From the sequence record PP968062.1: a stretch of DNA of 64,000 bases; one strand, 5' to 3'. Source of the stretch: Pseudomonas phage HPP-Temi. Shown in pieces: positions 8,228 through 17,490 of this stretch (position 1 is the first letter of the stretch; each line of letters opens with the position of its first letter). The translations under genes were made by a program, and so were the position numbers. Under the pieces are notes generated by a model. That model did not search any database. It was not told where the DNA came from and saw nothing but the letters and a program-made list of their open reading frames with translations.

Positions 8228-10201
8228 TTAGAGCAGTTTGCCTCCCATGACCGCGAGATCGTAGGGATGGTCGTTCCTCAGTGTGTAGAGGAAACTGCCA
8301 GGATTGTTCAACGGCTCATGTTGCTTCTCGAACGACATCGCACCTGCCAACGAACGGGACATCATCAGTTTGTTGTATTTCTCAAACTGACCCGTTATAC
8401 CCGGCTTAGGCAGACGGTAATCGCGATCAGCGATAGAGCGCACCATCATAGCATAAACCAGAACCTCACAGTGAATTGCGTTCAGAGAGAACTTCTCGTT
8501 CAGCAGAGCCACAGTAGCCGCCAATGCATCAACGGGGTCTTTGTAGTTCTTAAGATAAGTCTTGCTAGTAAAACCTACCTTATCTGAACTCAGTTTCGAA
8601 CCTTCGGTATCACTACCGGAGTGCAGGAACGACTGGATACGCTTCATCACTTCGTACATGTTTACGTGCTTGTTCGGCAGCGTCAGGAACGGCAGAGTAA
8701 AGTCAAACCCAGCCATATCGATCACGATGTTATCGCGAGCATCCAGTTCCCAACGTACACGTTTGATGTGTTGTAGCATTTCAGTCGACAGACTAGCTCG
8801 ACGGTTATACAGCGATACCGTCAGAACGTCACCTTCATCCACCCCTTCCACAGTACGAACCAAACCGATGCGTGTCAGTTCAGAAGCACTAGGCGCTGGA
8901 TATGCACTCAGGTCATCAATCATCAGAATGTCGGCGAGGTTTTGTGCCTCGTTACGACCAATCATCAGACGGAAGCCTTTACCCGATAGTTCTTTCTTCA
9001 GGTACAGCGTTTCAGCAGCAGAGCCTGTACGCAGATACTTCGCTTCGATACCACCGATCTGATACTGTTCAACCGCGGAGGTTGCGTCAGTGTGTTTAGT
9101 CGACAATACCGCAGAGGTGATCTTGTCACCCATGGATACAGCAGACACCTGACCAATGACAGTTCCTTTCGGAATGGAGAAGCTCAGTCGACCATAGCAA
9201 CGGGAACATACGCCCTGAGGATCCGGATGCATACAACCCAGGATGGAACGCATCTTGATCTTCTTACCGATCAGATGTTTCTCATCACCTTTCAGCCAAT
9301 CCAGTTGCCCAGTCTGTTCATTCAGATAGTACTTACCACGCAGTGCTTTCAACGTACCCTGCATTACAGGGAAGTCGATCAGATGACCATTACAGTCACC
9401 AGTGTGCAGGTTCTGTACGTACTGAGCAATCAGCTGAGATTTCCGGTTGAAGTACTCGGTTACTCGCAGAAGCTCTTTGTTATACAGCAGAGCTTTTGTA
9501 CCGGAGCGGGATTCGATCATGTTTTCATACAGACCCCAGATACCGTCAATGTAACCAGTGGTACACGGTTCACTGAAGATGTCAGAGTTAATGTCTGTCG
9601 GAAAACCACGAGGACCATATGCCTGGAGCAGCTGTTCCATTTTCTGCGTACCCGAACGCAGGCCTTCGATGATGCTGTTACCACGGAACTGAGTTTCGTC
9701 GTTGAATGCCTCCTTAATCATGCCATAGGAAATATTCTCGATACCATGGGTAGTAGGCTGAACGTTTTCGTTTGCCTTTCGTACGGCCGGGTGGTTGTAC
9801 ACTTCCATGATATCGAAGATCGACAGAGTTGCGATGTAGGCACTCAGTCGAGTAGTGGTTTCGTTATACAGCCAGTTTTTACCTTCGATGGCCAGCTTAG
9901 CCAGAATCTCAGGATCAATCTGTTCACCACTCCAACCGTGAATACCCCAGATCACTTTGTTCAGATACTTCACCAGGGACTTAGAGGTAACCCGAGTGGA
10001 CGCCAGGTGATAGTCTTTCAGAACTGGTGCATCGGGGAAAGCTTTCAGTGGATACCAGAGCAGAACCGATAGCTTGGTGATCCGATCTTTTGCATAGAGT
10101 TTCTCTCCGTCATCAAAGACGATCTCATGCCATTCACTCGGAATGGACCACAGTTCGTCATAGCTCATGTTGAGAAGATCGCGTGCTTTATACTGCTTCA
10201 T
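8228..10201 (-). CDS. RNA polymerase beta-prime C-terminal-like subunit (657 aa)
   Basis: [18 protein letters not shown] matches beta-prime [44 protein letters not shown] matches the trigger-loop region [45 protein letters not shown] matches GARKGLADTALKTANSGYL. AAGAGGT lies 7 nt upstream of the ATG. The gene is immediately downstream of the beta gene. Confidence 0.7.
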   Translation of the reverse strand: [657 protein letters not shown]

Positions 10202-10227
10202 TATTTACCTCTTGGCCTACGGCCTGG

Positions 10228-12339
10228 TTAAACACCAGGCGCGTACTTGAACTGCAACCCACGGCATTCCAGCAAGTGAGACAGGAGTCCCACCGGACGG
10301 GAGTTACCGAACGGGATCTTAGAACGATCAACTGCCTTCTCGATGTTGGACGGCTGGTCCGCAGTCAGGATGGAGTTGATCACAGCAACGTGAGCTTCTG
10401 GGTTGTTGGTTTGGTCCAGCAACTCTACGGTAGGCAATGCACCCACAGTACAGTTATAAGAACGAGTCTCGGATTCACCGAACGAACGAATCGCGCTCTC
10501 ACGACCAGGAGTACTGGAACGATCAGAGTTATTCAGCTTCGACGGTAGACCGAACTGTTGAGTCTTCACAGATGCTACAGCCGACCAGTCTTCACCGATC
10601 TTTTCCAGAAGCATCATGTAAAGCGGACCGAGCAACATTGGATCTTTGGTAGTCACCTCTTTGCCAGTCTGGTCACGATACGTAACCGGAGCATATGTCG
10701 GACAGAACCGGGATTCCAGGATCTTGTTACTTGCAGTCGGCAGATGGACCGGATCGTCTACCGGAGAATACAAATAAGCAAACCCGTCACGCAGAACGTG
10801 TGCTACGTGTTGAATAGGGTTCGGATGATCCTTAACCATTCCATGCATAGTCGGAGTGACGATTGCATAGAAGTCCAGCAGTTCATTGAATGCGTACTTA
10901 ACGAAGTCAGCGTTGTTACGGATGTGGTTAACCACTGCATCCAGTTCATACGAACCATGACGCTCTAGCCCACATTCAATTCGGAGACGTTGAGCCAGAT
11001 CGCGAGATGCTGCACCGAAACCATGTTCATAGATACGACCATAGTTAGAACGACGCATAGTCGAGCCGCCAAAGATAACAACATCTGCAACGTTACCATT
11101 CACGTCACGAGGCATATCTGCTCGCTTCATGATCTTACAAACGACACCTTTTCCGCCATGAAAATCAGTAGCTTTATATGCACCGCCCGGTTCTTTAATC
11201 GATTCATAGGTGATTTCAACACGCCATTCATCAAGTTGATCCAGTCGATACATACGTGTCAGCTTACGTTGACCTTCGGCTTGAGGCAGATAGATCATCG
11301 CTTCTACTACAAGTTGACGAAACTCCTCGGTCATATGGAGGCGATCTTTACGGCGGGCAGACAGACCTTTATATACCTTGATGATCTCACGGTAATACGA
11401 AGCCAGGGCATCGTAGTACTTACGCAGTTGACCATCCATACCACTTGGAGTGAATGAAGGATTCTGGCGATCATCCCAATACACTTTGATGTCTTTAATG
11501 ATCGCACCTGGATCGCCAATTACAGCACGATCGAAAGTGCGGTCCAAAGTACGCAGTGCACGAGGAGTCATTTCAGCTGGAGACAGATCGTCATCAAGAT
11601 CACGTACTGCGAAGATCACACCATCATCACGAATACGTTCACCAATATCCGGGAACAGTTTGATGTTGTTGTCATCACCGTACATATTCAGGAAGAACGC
11701 TTTCTTACCAGCGCCACCAGTTGCAGTTGTGTAAGTGCGAGGAGCCATCTTCTCACGAAGGAACTCATCGCAGAAGACGAAACCGTCCTCAATAGTACCA
11801 GGCATAGAACCGAACATTACAGTTGCGTTCACACCCATGCCCAGCAGACCGTTTTCTTTAACAGTAGTAGATTGAGCGATCACAGTGTCCTTGGCGAACA
11901 TCTCACCTACAGACAGATTATTCCATACGTCTTTCTGCTTCTCCAGTTTGAATCCGAAGTCCTGGTGGAAGCTGAGGTACTCAGGTACATGAATCACACC
12001 GATCCGTTTGAACTCGTCGTAGTACTCCTCGTACACGATCGTAGTCACGGGGTTATGACGAATGGAACCGTTACCTACACCAGTGGGATATTTACGGATT
12101 ACGTTCAGTACCACACAGTCAGTTGGGAACCGAATGTCGAACGTATGTTCAGCGTAACGCATTTCAATGCCCGCCATTACCCGGCGAGGCTCGTTCCCTT
12201 CCACTACAGGCGATTGACCAATGTGGGACAACAGCATCGCGCCACGAGCAGCGGATGTGGTTCCGTAATACGGGTCAATTGCTGCGTGACCGAGCAACCT
12301 CAGGTTGATTTCACGGACAGCGTTTGCGAGACTTTGCAT
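10228..12339 (-). CDS. RNA polymerase beta subunit, C-terminal ~60% (703 aa)
   Basis: [52 protein letters not shown] aligns with E. coli beta [67 protein letters not shown] corresponds to the NFEDS region. A GEMEVWAL-like [17 protein letters not shown] is present. Confidence 0.75.
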   Translation of the reverse strand: [703 protein letters not shown]

Positions 12340-12370
12340 CTATAACTCCTGTTGATTCGTTGGTGCAGAA

Positions 12371-12399
12371 TGATTATATAGATGTGAAAATTATTTTTT
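12371..12399 (-). promoter_or_regulatory. early-promoter-like element, subfamily A variant (on minus: ...ATCTATATAATCA)
   Basis: tgatTATATAGATgtgaaaattattttt, about 32 nt upstream of the beta gene ATG at 12339. Confidence 0.4.
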
Positions 12400-12413
12400 T
12401 GTAGGATTCCTCT

Positions 12414-12776
12414 ATGGCATTTACAATTATGGAACAGACTGACAATGGCGGAGCATCGATGTTTTATGATCCTGCCTTCCGTTTGATTGTCGAAACCCAC
12501 ATTAACATTCTTAGGAATATCAATGCCGTTAGAGTTGAGATCCCTAATGAACTGTACTGGCAGTACGAAGGGAACTTTTACGGTTATCTAACTGAAATCG
12601 GCGTTGAGCCTGAACTCCATTGGATCTATTTGCGTGTTAATGGAATGGAGAATCCGAATCAGTTCGCTGCTGATGTACGTGATCCTCTGGATAAAGCTTA
12701 CAACAACGTTCTGATAAAACCGTCGAATAATGAGATTGGTGCGCTGCAACAGTTCTACACTAGTCGAAAATTTTAA
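12414..12776 (+). CDS. hypothetical protein (120 aa)
   Basis: An isolated plus-strand ORF with AGGA upstream. It ends 5 nt before the hairpin at 12784. Confidence 0.5.
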   Translation: MAFTIMEQTDNGGASMFYDPAFRLIVETHINILRNINAVRVEIPNELYWQYEGNFYGYLTEIGVEPELHWIYLRVNGMENPNQFAADVRDPLDKAYNNVLIKPSNNEIGALQQFYTSRKF

Positions 12777-12783
12777 AGCTAAG

Positions 12784-12807
12784 GCAGGGGACCCGAAGGC
12801 CCCCTGC
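12784..12807. terminator. hairpin gcagggg(a)cc-CGAA-gg(c)cccctgc followed by TTTATGCC, shared by convergent genes
   Basis: Palindrome between the plus-strand gene ending at 12776 and the minus-strand gene ending at 12819. Confidence 0.55.
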
Positions 12808-12818
12808 TTTATGCCGTC

Positions 12819-14159
12819 TTACACCAGACCCAGACCGTTAGTCTGGCGCATGCCAGCTACAGCTTGCAGGTACGGGTTAGCCGGTTGGCCATTGCCCATC
12901 ATCATACCCTGAGGCTGACCACCCATCCATGAAGGGATAGGAGCTGCGGCCTGGATACCACCTTGGTTCATGTTGCCCATGCCGTTGTTCATCATCATGG
13001 GTTGCATCATGGTACCACCCATGTTGTTCATGGGCATCATGCCATTACCTTGCATCATCATGCCGTTGCCCATGGGCATCTGCATCATCATTCCGGGTTG
13101 CTGCATCATCTGCGGTTGCGGATTCTGAGCTGCCATGAATTCACTCATGGAGACAGTATCTTTCTCTACAGGTTTGCTAACAGTAGCGGTCGGACGAGTC
13201 ATCTGCGGGGTAGCAGTTTGAGCAGGAGTAACGGTTGCTACTTGTTTCGATTGTTGAGCTTGACCAACTTCAGCAGTCTCCGGAGTATCTTCATCACGAC
13301 CACCCAGGTTGCCATTCAGCGGGGGAATCAGGTTGTAGATCTTCGGGAACTCGTCGATCAGATCCAGATCAAAGACCGGGATCGGACTAACAGGAATCTG
13401 AAGCGGGATTGCGTAACGATGAATCAGCTGGTTCAGCATCACGATTACTTTGTGATACGCGGTCAGCAGACTGGTGTAATACGGAGCTACACGGCTGGTA
13501 GTACCAAACGCGTATTCTTCCGGATTGTCACCAAACGGAACGACCAGTTTGAACAACGCGGTCAGAACCTTACGCTGCTTCTTGGCCATCTTGACACCGA
13601 GCACATCATCACTTTCGGCTTGCAGATCTTCCAGGATCGGGAAACGCACAATTGCCATGCGGTTCACTTTCTTACCGTCGTAGGTACCACCGTTCTTCAG
13701 GTATACGGCAACCAGACGATTTTTCTTGGTAGCTGCGGGCATCAGCTTCTCGAACAGACCGACAGTTGCTTTGTCAGCATCTGCCAGTTTCTTCAGGAAG
13801 TCAGTTGCATCCGGCGGAAGGTCCTTGTGGGACGACTTATCCGCTGCGATGGTCAGCAGTTGTTCGGCCATTTTGTGGACGACGAAACTGATGTGTGCTT
13901 TTGCTGCACGTTGCAGGTACTGGATCACCGGGGAAGTACCCCGGCGACTCAGCGCTTCACTCAGCGGGTGGAACGGCTGGAAGTCTTCACCGAAGCCCTT
14001 ACGTAGGAACTTGTCGGTCGGGATAACCAGACGCTTACCGTCTACGGTCGAAGGAGAAGCAGTGCCTACCGGATTGCGGAGGCTGATGTAACCTTCTTCA
14101 TCGAACTCGCAGGCGAACGAGGGGAGTACAGATTTATACGAGTCCAAGATCAACGACAT
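12819..14159 (-). CDS. hypothetical protein (446 aa) with a Met/Gln/Gly/Asn-rich low-complexity C-terminal region
   Basis: AAGGAG lies 6 nt before the ATG. The C-terminal ~110 aa are ...QNPQPQMMQQPGMMMQMPMGNGMMMQGNGMMPMNNMGGTMMQPMMMNNGMGNMNQGG...GGQPQGMMMGNGQ. Confidence 0.65.
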   Translation of the reverse strand: MSLILDSYKSVLPSFACEFDEEGYISLRNPVGTASPSTVDGKRLVIPTDKFLRKGFGEDFQPFHPLSEALSRRGTSPVIQYLQRAAKAHISFVVHKMAEQLLTIAADKSSHKDLPPDATDFLKKLADADKATVGLFEKLMPAATKKNRLVAVYLKNGGTYDGKKVNRMAIVRFPILEDLQAESDDVLGVKMAKKQRKVLTALFKLVVPFGDNPEEYAFGTTSRVAPYYTSLLTAYHKVIVMLNQLIHRYAIPLQIPVSPIPVFDLDLIDEFPKIYNLIPPLNGNLGGRDEDTPETAEVGQAQQSKQVATVTPAQTATPQMTRPTATVSKPVEKDTVSMSEFMAAQNPQPQMMQQPGMMMQMPMGNGMMMQGNGMMPMNNMGGTMMQPMMMNNGMGNMNQGGIQAAAPIPSWMGGQPQGMMMGNGQPANPYLQAVAGMRQTNGLGLV

Positions 14160-15768
14160 TGCTAGCTCCTTGGTTAATAGCGTTAGGCATCATGATGGGT
14201 GCAGCTACCGGGTGTTGGTAACCGACAGATTGCAGGGCTTGGTGCTGGGTCGGGTTCGGGATTACTTCTTGAACCAGCCACAGCATGTCACCCGAGAGGT
14301 TGGTTGGATGTTCAGCGTTACGAGTAATCATCGGAGAGAACAAGCTATCCGTGAAAGTCGGTGCAACGAAGCGAGACAGAGCTTGACCACCGATAGCGAT
14401 ATCGATGATAGAGTCCCCTGCCAGGTCCGAGTGCATCGAGATGCGGAACGGTAGTTGGTTACCACGAGTGATGTTGTTCAGGATATCGATCGACAGACGG
14501 CGCTCGAATTCCAGAATGTACTGACGCATGTCCAGGTTATCGATGATAGCCTTGGAGTTCTGAGGATGGAACTCGAACGAATAGTTATTCGGACCAGTAC
14601 CGTTGGTTACAGCGAACGAGCAAGTACGAAGGAAGGTATCCATCATGATCGACGGAATGGTTTGCGCCAGCAAGCTTGCACCGATAGAGGTGTAGTCTGC
14701 ACCACTCCAAACTTCAGAGTCTTCAGCTTGCGCTACTTTACGCATGGCACGACCATCGTTCATCGAGAACTGAGTTACTTGAGAAGTACCGGTCTCAGGG
14801 AACAGACGACGCAGGTCACGGAAAGTGATGTAACCGTTTTCCATGTAGCCAGCATGTTCTTTCAGAAAAGCCAGGAACGTGTTGGTGTGGATCTGTTGGT
14901 TACGGCATTGTGCAGCAGCCTCACCGAACATCACGTCCTTATCAGGAGCACCGAAGAGATCATCTCCTTGGTTTTCCATCGCGTTCTCTTTAACAGCGTG
15001 CTGGTAAGCACTTAGAGTATTCGACAGATAACGAGTCGGAGAAGTATCACGACGTTGACTGTACTTGTAAGCACCGCCTTCGCCTACCATGGTGCGATGA
15101 TCGATAGAACGGTTGATCATGCCATCGAACAGACCCGAGCTTTGCAGCTTTTGAGCAACGTGTGCAGTCTGACCAATACTGAAGATATCTTCAGGCCGGA
15201 TCAGGTGAGCAGTTGCACGAGAGAACATACCGTTCATACCGCCCATCATGTCTACCGGAGAAACGATCTGATTGGAGCCTACGATCGATGCTACGTGTTG
15301 CGGACCATGGATGGTTTGCTGGATCGCCTGAGCGATGATGGTTTCGGAGTTGAAGTAAATCCGCATGTCATCCGGCAGATAATTCTGCGACGCATCTGCA
15401 TGGTCGCTATAGCCGAAGAAAATACGTTGGGTCAGCGTACCTGCGATGAACGGATGTTGCTCGTTCACTTTCATCAGGAAGCGGAACCGGCGAGAACGCC
15501 AGCCATGTGCAATACCGACACTACCTTCTACCGACGCCTGGGGCGTGATAACGGAAGAAGCTACTTCTTGCACTGCACCAACCCGAAGGTTCATACCGCC
15601 ATTGGTGGCTTGTTCCAGTTGACGAGCTACTTCCTGGTTCGCGTTGATCGAGAACGGACGGATGTGTTGCTCTTGATAAGTGCCAGTTTCCACCAGAATA
15701 AAATTCTGTACGTTCAGCTTAGAGTTCACAGCTGCACCAGCGGAAATGCCCATGTTGATTCCGTGCAT
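14134..15768 (-). CDS. hypothetical protein (544 aa)
   Basis: Long ORF with AGAGG upstream. Its 3' end overlaps the next gene's start by 26 nt. Confidence 0.65.
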   Translation of the reverse strand: MHGINMGISAGAAVNSKLNVQNFILVETGTYQEQHIRPFSINANQEVARQLEQATNGGMNLRVGAVQEVASSVITPQASVEGSVGIAHGWRSRRFRFLMKVNEQHPFIAGTLTQRIFFGYSDHADASQNYLPDDMRIYFNSETIIAQAIQQTIHGPQHVASIVGSNQIVSPVDMMGGMNGMFSRATAHLIRPEDIFSIGQTAHVAQKLQSSGLFDGMINRSIDHRTMVGEGGAYKYSQRRDTSPTRYLSNTLSAYQHAVKENAMENQGDDLFGAPDKDVMFGEAAAQCRNQQIHTNTFLAFLKEHAGYMENGYITFRDLRRLFPETGTSQVTQFSMNDGRAMRKVAQAEDSEVWSGADYTSIGASLLAQTIPSIMMDTFLRTCSFAVTNGTGPNNYSFEFHPQNSKAIIDNLDMRQYILEFERRLSIDILNNITRGNQLPFRISMHSDLAGDSIIDIAIGGQALSRFVAPTFTDSLFSPMITRNAEHPTNLSGDMLWLVQEVIPNPTQHQALQSVGYQHPVAAPIMMPNAINQGASNVVDLGLV

Positions 15769-15788
15769 GTATTTTACCTCTTGAATTT

Positions 15789-17366
15789 TTACTGGTTGAT
15801 CTGAGCGAGGTGGAGAACCACTTCGGTGATCGTATGCTTGATGTTCGGAGGCGGAATCAGAACGTTGTTCTGTGCGATCTGACCAGAGAGTTTAAACAGC
15901 TCACTCGGGCCATGATAGATCCACGTGGAAGAACGGATAGACTGGTTGCAGTTGTTAACCGCAATACCGGCCATGTTGTCAGGCTTCGGAATCTCCCCGG
16001 ATTGAGGAACCTTAGCAAGCTTCATGTGCGGGTACAGTTCATCCAGTTGCGCCTTGTACTTCTGTGCGATCCGCGATCCGCTTCGAGTATTGCTAAGTTG
16101 ATTCGTCGAGCCATGTTCACCATGGTAAACAGGTTCAACTTGCATGAAGACTGCTACATCCAGGTAACCCCAGTGCCACAGCAAAGCCTGTGTGGTTGCC
16201 AGCAAGGTGTTCACCGGCAGCTTGGAGATATGGTAGAATGCACGTGCAGGGAAAGCCTTAGCCATTACCCATTGAGCAAGCAATACCTGGTGAGGACGGA
16301 TCTCGTAGTTCGCGACCTGATTCACGCAGCTAATGCACTTCCGCAGTTTCTCCAGATCAATGGTCGGATCTACTGTAGTTGCCAGCAGTTCGTAATCCAT
16401 TGCATCGATGTTGTAAGCTTCGATATCACCAGGGCTCACTCGACCTTTAGTCTTGTGGGCCTCGATGAACGAGGTCTTATCTTCATCATCACCACCACCG
16501 CCTTCCGGGCGCTTTTCGTTAACCCGATCAGTTGGGCTACGTTCAGCAGGGTTCAGGTTGCTACGCACGTAACGGAACGTGTTAGCTACGATGGAGTGGG
16601 ACATTGGATCGTTCAATGGAACAATAGTCAGTCGACGTACCAGAACCTTCGAGCGAAGGTGTACCGGAATCTCAACCGAACTCATACCCCGCCAGAGACT
16701 ACCCAATGTGGTCGGCTCATCTTCAACGCAGAATTTGACGTACCCTTCCAGTTTGTCGAATGCGACATCTACGTCTTCACCCACTTCGTCTTTTTCGAGC
16801 AACGGCCAGTTAGCAATCTCACAACGGCTGATAAGACCAACGACTTCGTTTTCCTTATGGAGTTCTTGATCCGTACCCGAATCAATGTATTCACCCCAGA
16901 TCGGAACCATCGGACGCAGAGCCAATGCAACTGTTGCCAGGTTGATGTAATCATGTTGCAGGTAAGTCTGCTCCCGCTTGGTATAGCGGGATTCATCAGT
17001 GATCGTTTTCTGGATCTCTGGTGGAATATGCAGGTTACCGATAGTCAGCAACCAACGACGGAGTTTGTTCATCGGCAATGCCGAGTACAGTTCGTGGATG
17101 TAATGAATCAGCGTACTGGAGATGTGCGCAGGTTCGAAGTCCATCTTGAACAGATCGTTGATTTTGACATAGCTGTTCCAAATACGATCTTGGTCAGCTT
17201 CATCACAACCTTCAAGGTAATCGTTGAATTCCTTGAACACCCGAGTAGGGTCGTTGAGTTTTACTTTGCTATAAGCTCGTGTACTCCACTTGATTTCGTT
17301 TCCTTTATGGCTCGTAGTCACTTCTACGAAACCGTTCCCTTGTACTCCAGTTACGTCAATACGCAT
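15789..17366 (-). CDS. hypothetical protein (525 aa)
   Basis: Long ORF with the GAGG SD. A subfamily-A promoter-like element lies about 30 nt upstream. Confidence 0.65.
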   Translation of the reverse strand: MRIDVTGVQGNGFVEVTTSHKGNEIKWSTRAYSKVKLNDPTRVFKEFNDYLEGCDEADQDRIWNSYVKINDLFKMDFEPAHISSTLIHYIHELYSALPMNKLRRWLLTIGNLHIPPEIQKTITDESRYTKREQTYLQHDYINLATVALALRPMVPIWGEYIDSGTDQELHKENEVVGLISRCEIANWPLLEKDEVGEDVDVAFDKLEGYVKFCVEDEPTTLGSLWRGMSSVEIPVHLRSKVLVRRLTIVPLNDPMSHSIVANTFRYVRSNLNPAERSPTDRVNEKRPEGGGGDDEDKTSFIEAHKTKGRVSPGDIEAYNIDAMDYELLATTVDPTIDLEKLRKCISCVNQVANYEIRPHQVLLAQWVMAKAFPARAFYHISKLPVNTLLATTQALLWHWGYLDVAVFMQVEPVYHGEHGSTNQLSNTRSGSRIAQKYKAQLDELYPHMKLAKVPQSGEIPKPDNMAGIAVNNCNQSIRSSTWIYHGPSELFKLSGQIAQNNVLIPPPNIKHTITEVVLHLAQINQ

Positions 17367-17397
17367 TTATACCTCATTGATGCTGGTGATACACAAC

Positions 17398-17427
17398 TGT
17401 AATATAGATCTGAGATATTTTTTAATG
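17398..17427 (-). promoter_or_regulatory. early-promoter-like element, subfamily A (on minus: CATTAAAAAATATCTCAGATCTATATTACA)
   Basis: tGTAATATAGATCTgagatattttttaatg. Consensus member. Confidence 0.5.
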
Positions 17428-17445
17428 TCAGGAAATAGAGGGCAT

Positions 17446-17490
17446 ACAGCATCTCTCGGTATTTACCAAAGAGATGCTGTAGTTTTTTAT
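17446..17490 (+). terminator. hairpin acagcatctct...agagatgctgt followed by GTTTTTTATTT on the plus strand
   Basis: 11-bp stem with a 13-nt loop. The T-run is on the plus strand only. It lies between two minus-strand genes. Confidence 0.45.

Noticed and set aside
15810-17402. Very long antisense ORFs opposite strongly biased genes: 15810..17402, 25034..26821, 27141..28673, 9092..10072, 57171..58184, 22907..24205, 12963..14006, 31568..32410, 17290..18345
   Set aside because: The translations are low-complexity, rich in R/T/S/V or in His/Gly. They have no SD or promoter context, and each lies entirely within a better gene on the other strand. They arise from codon bias (RNY periodicity) of the real genes.
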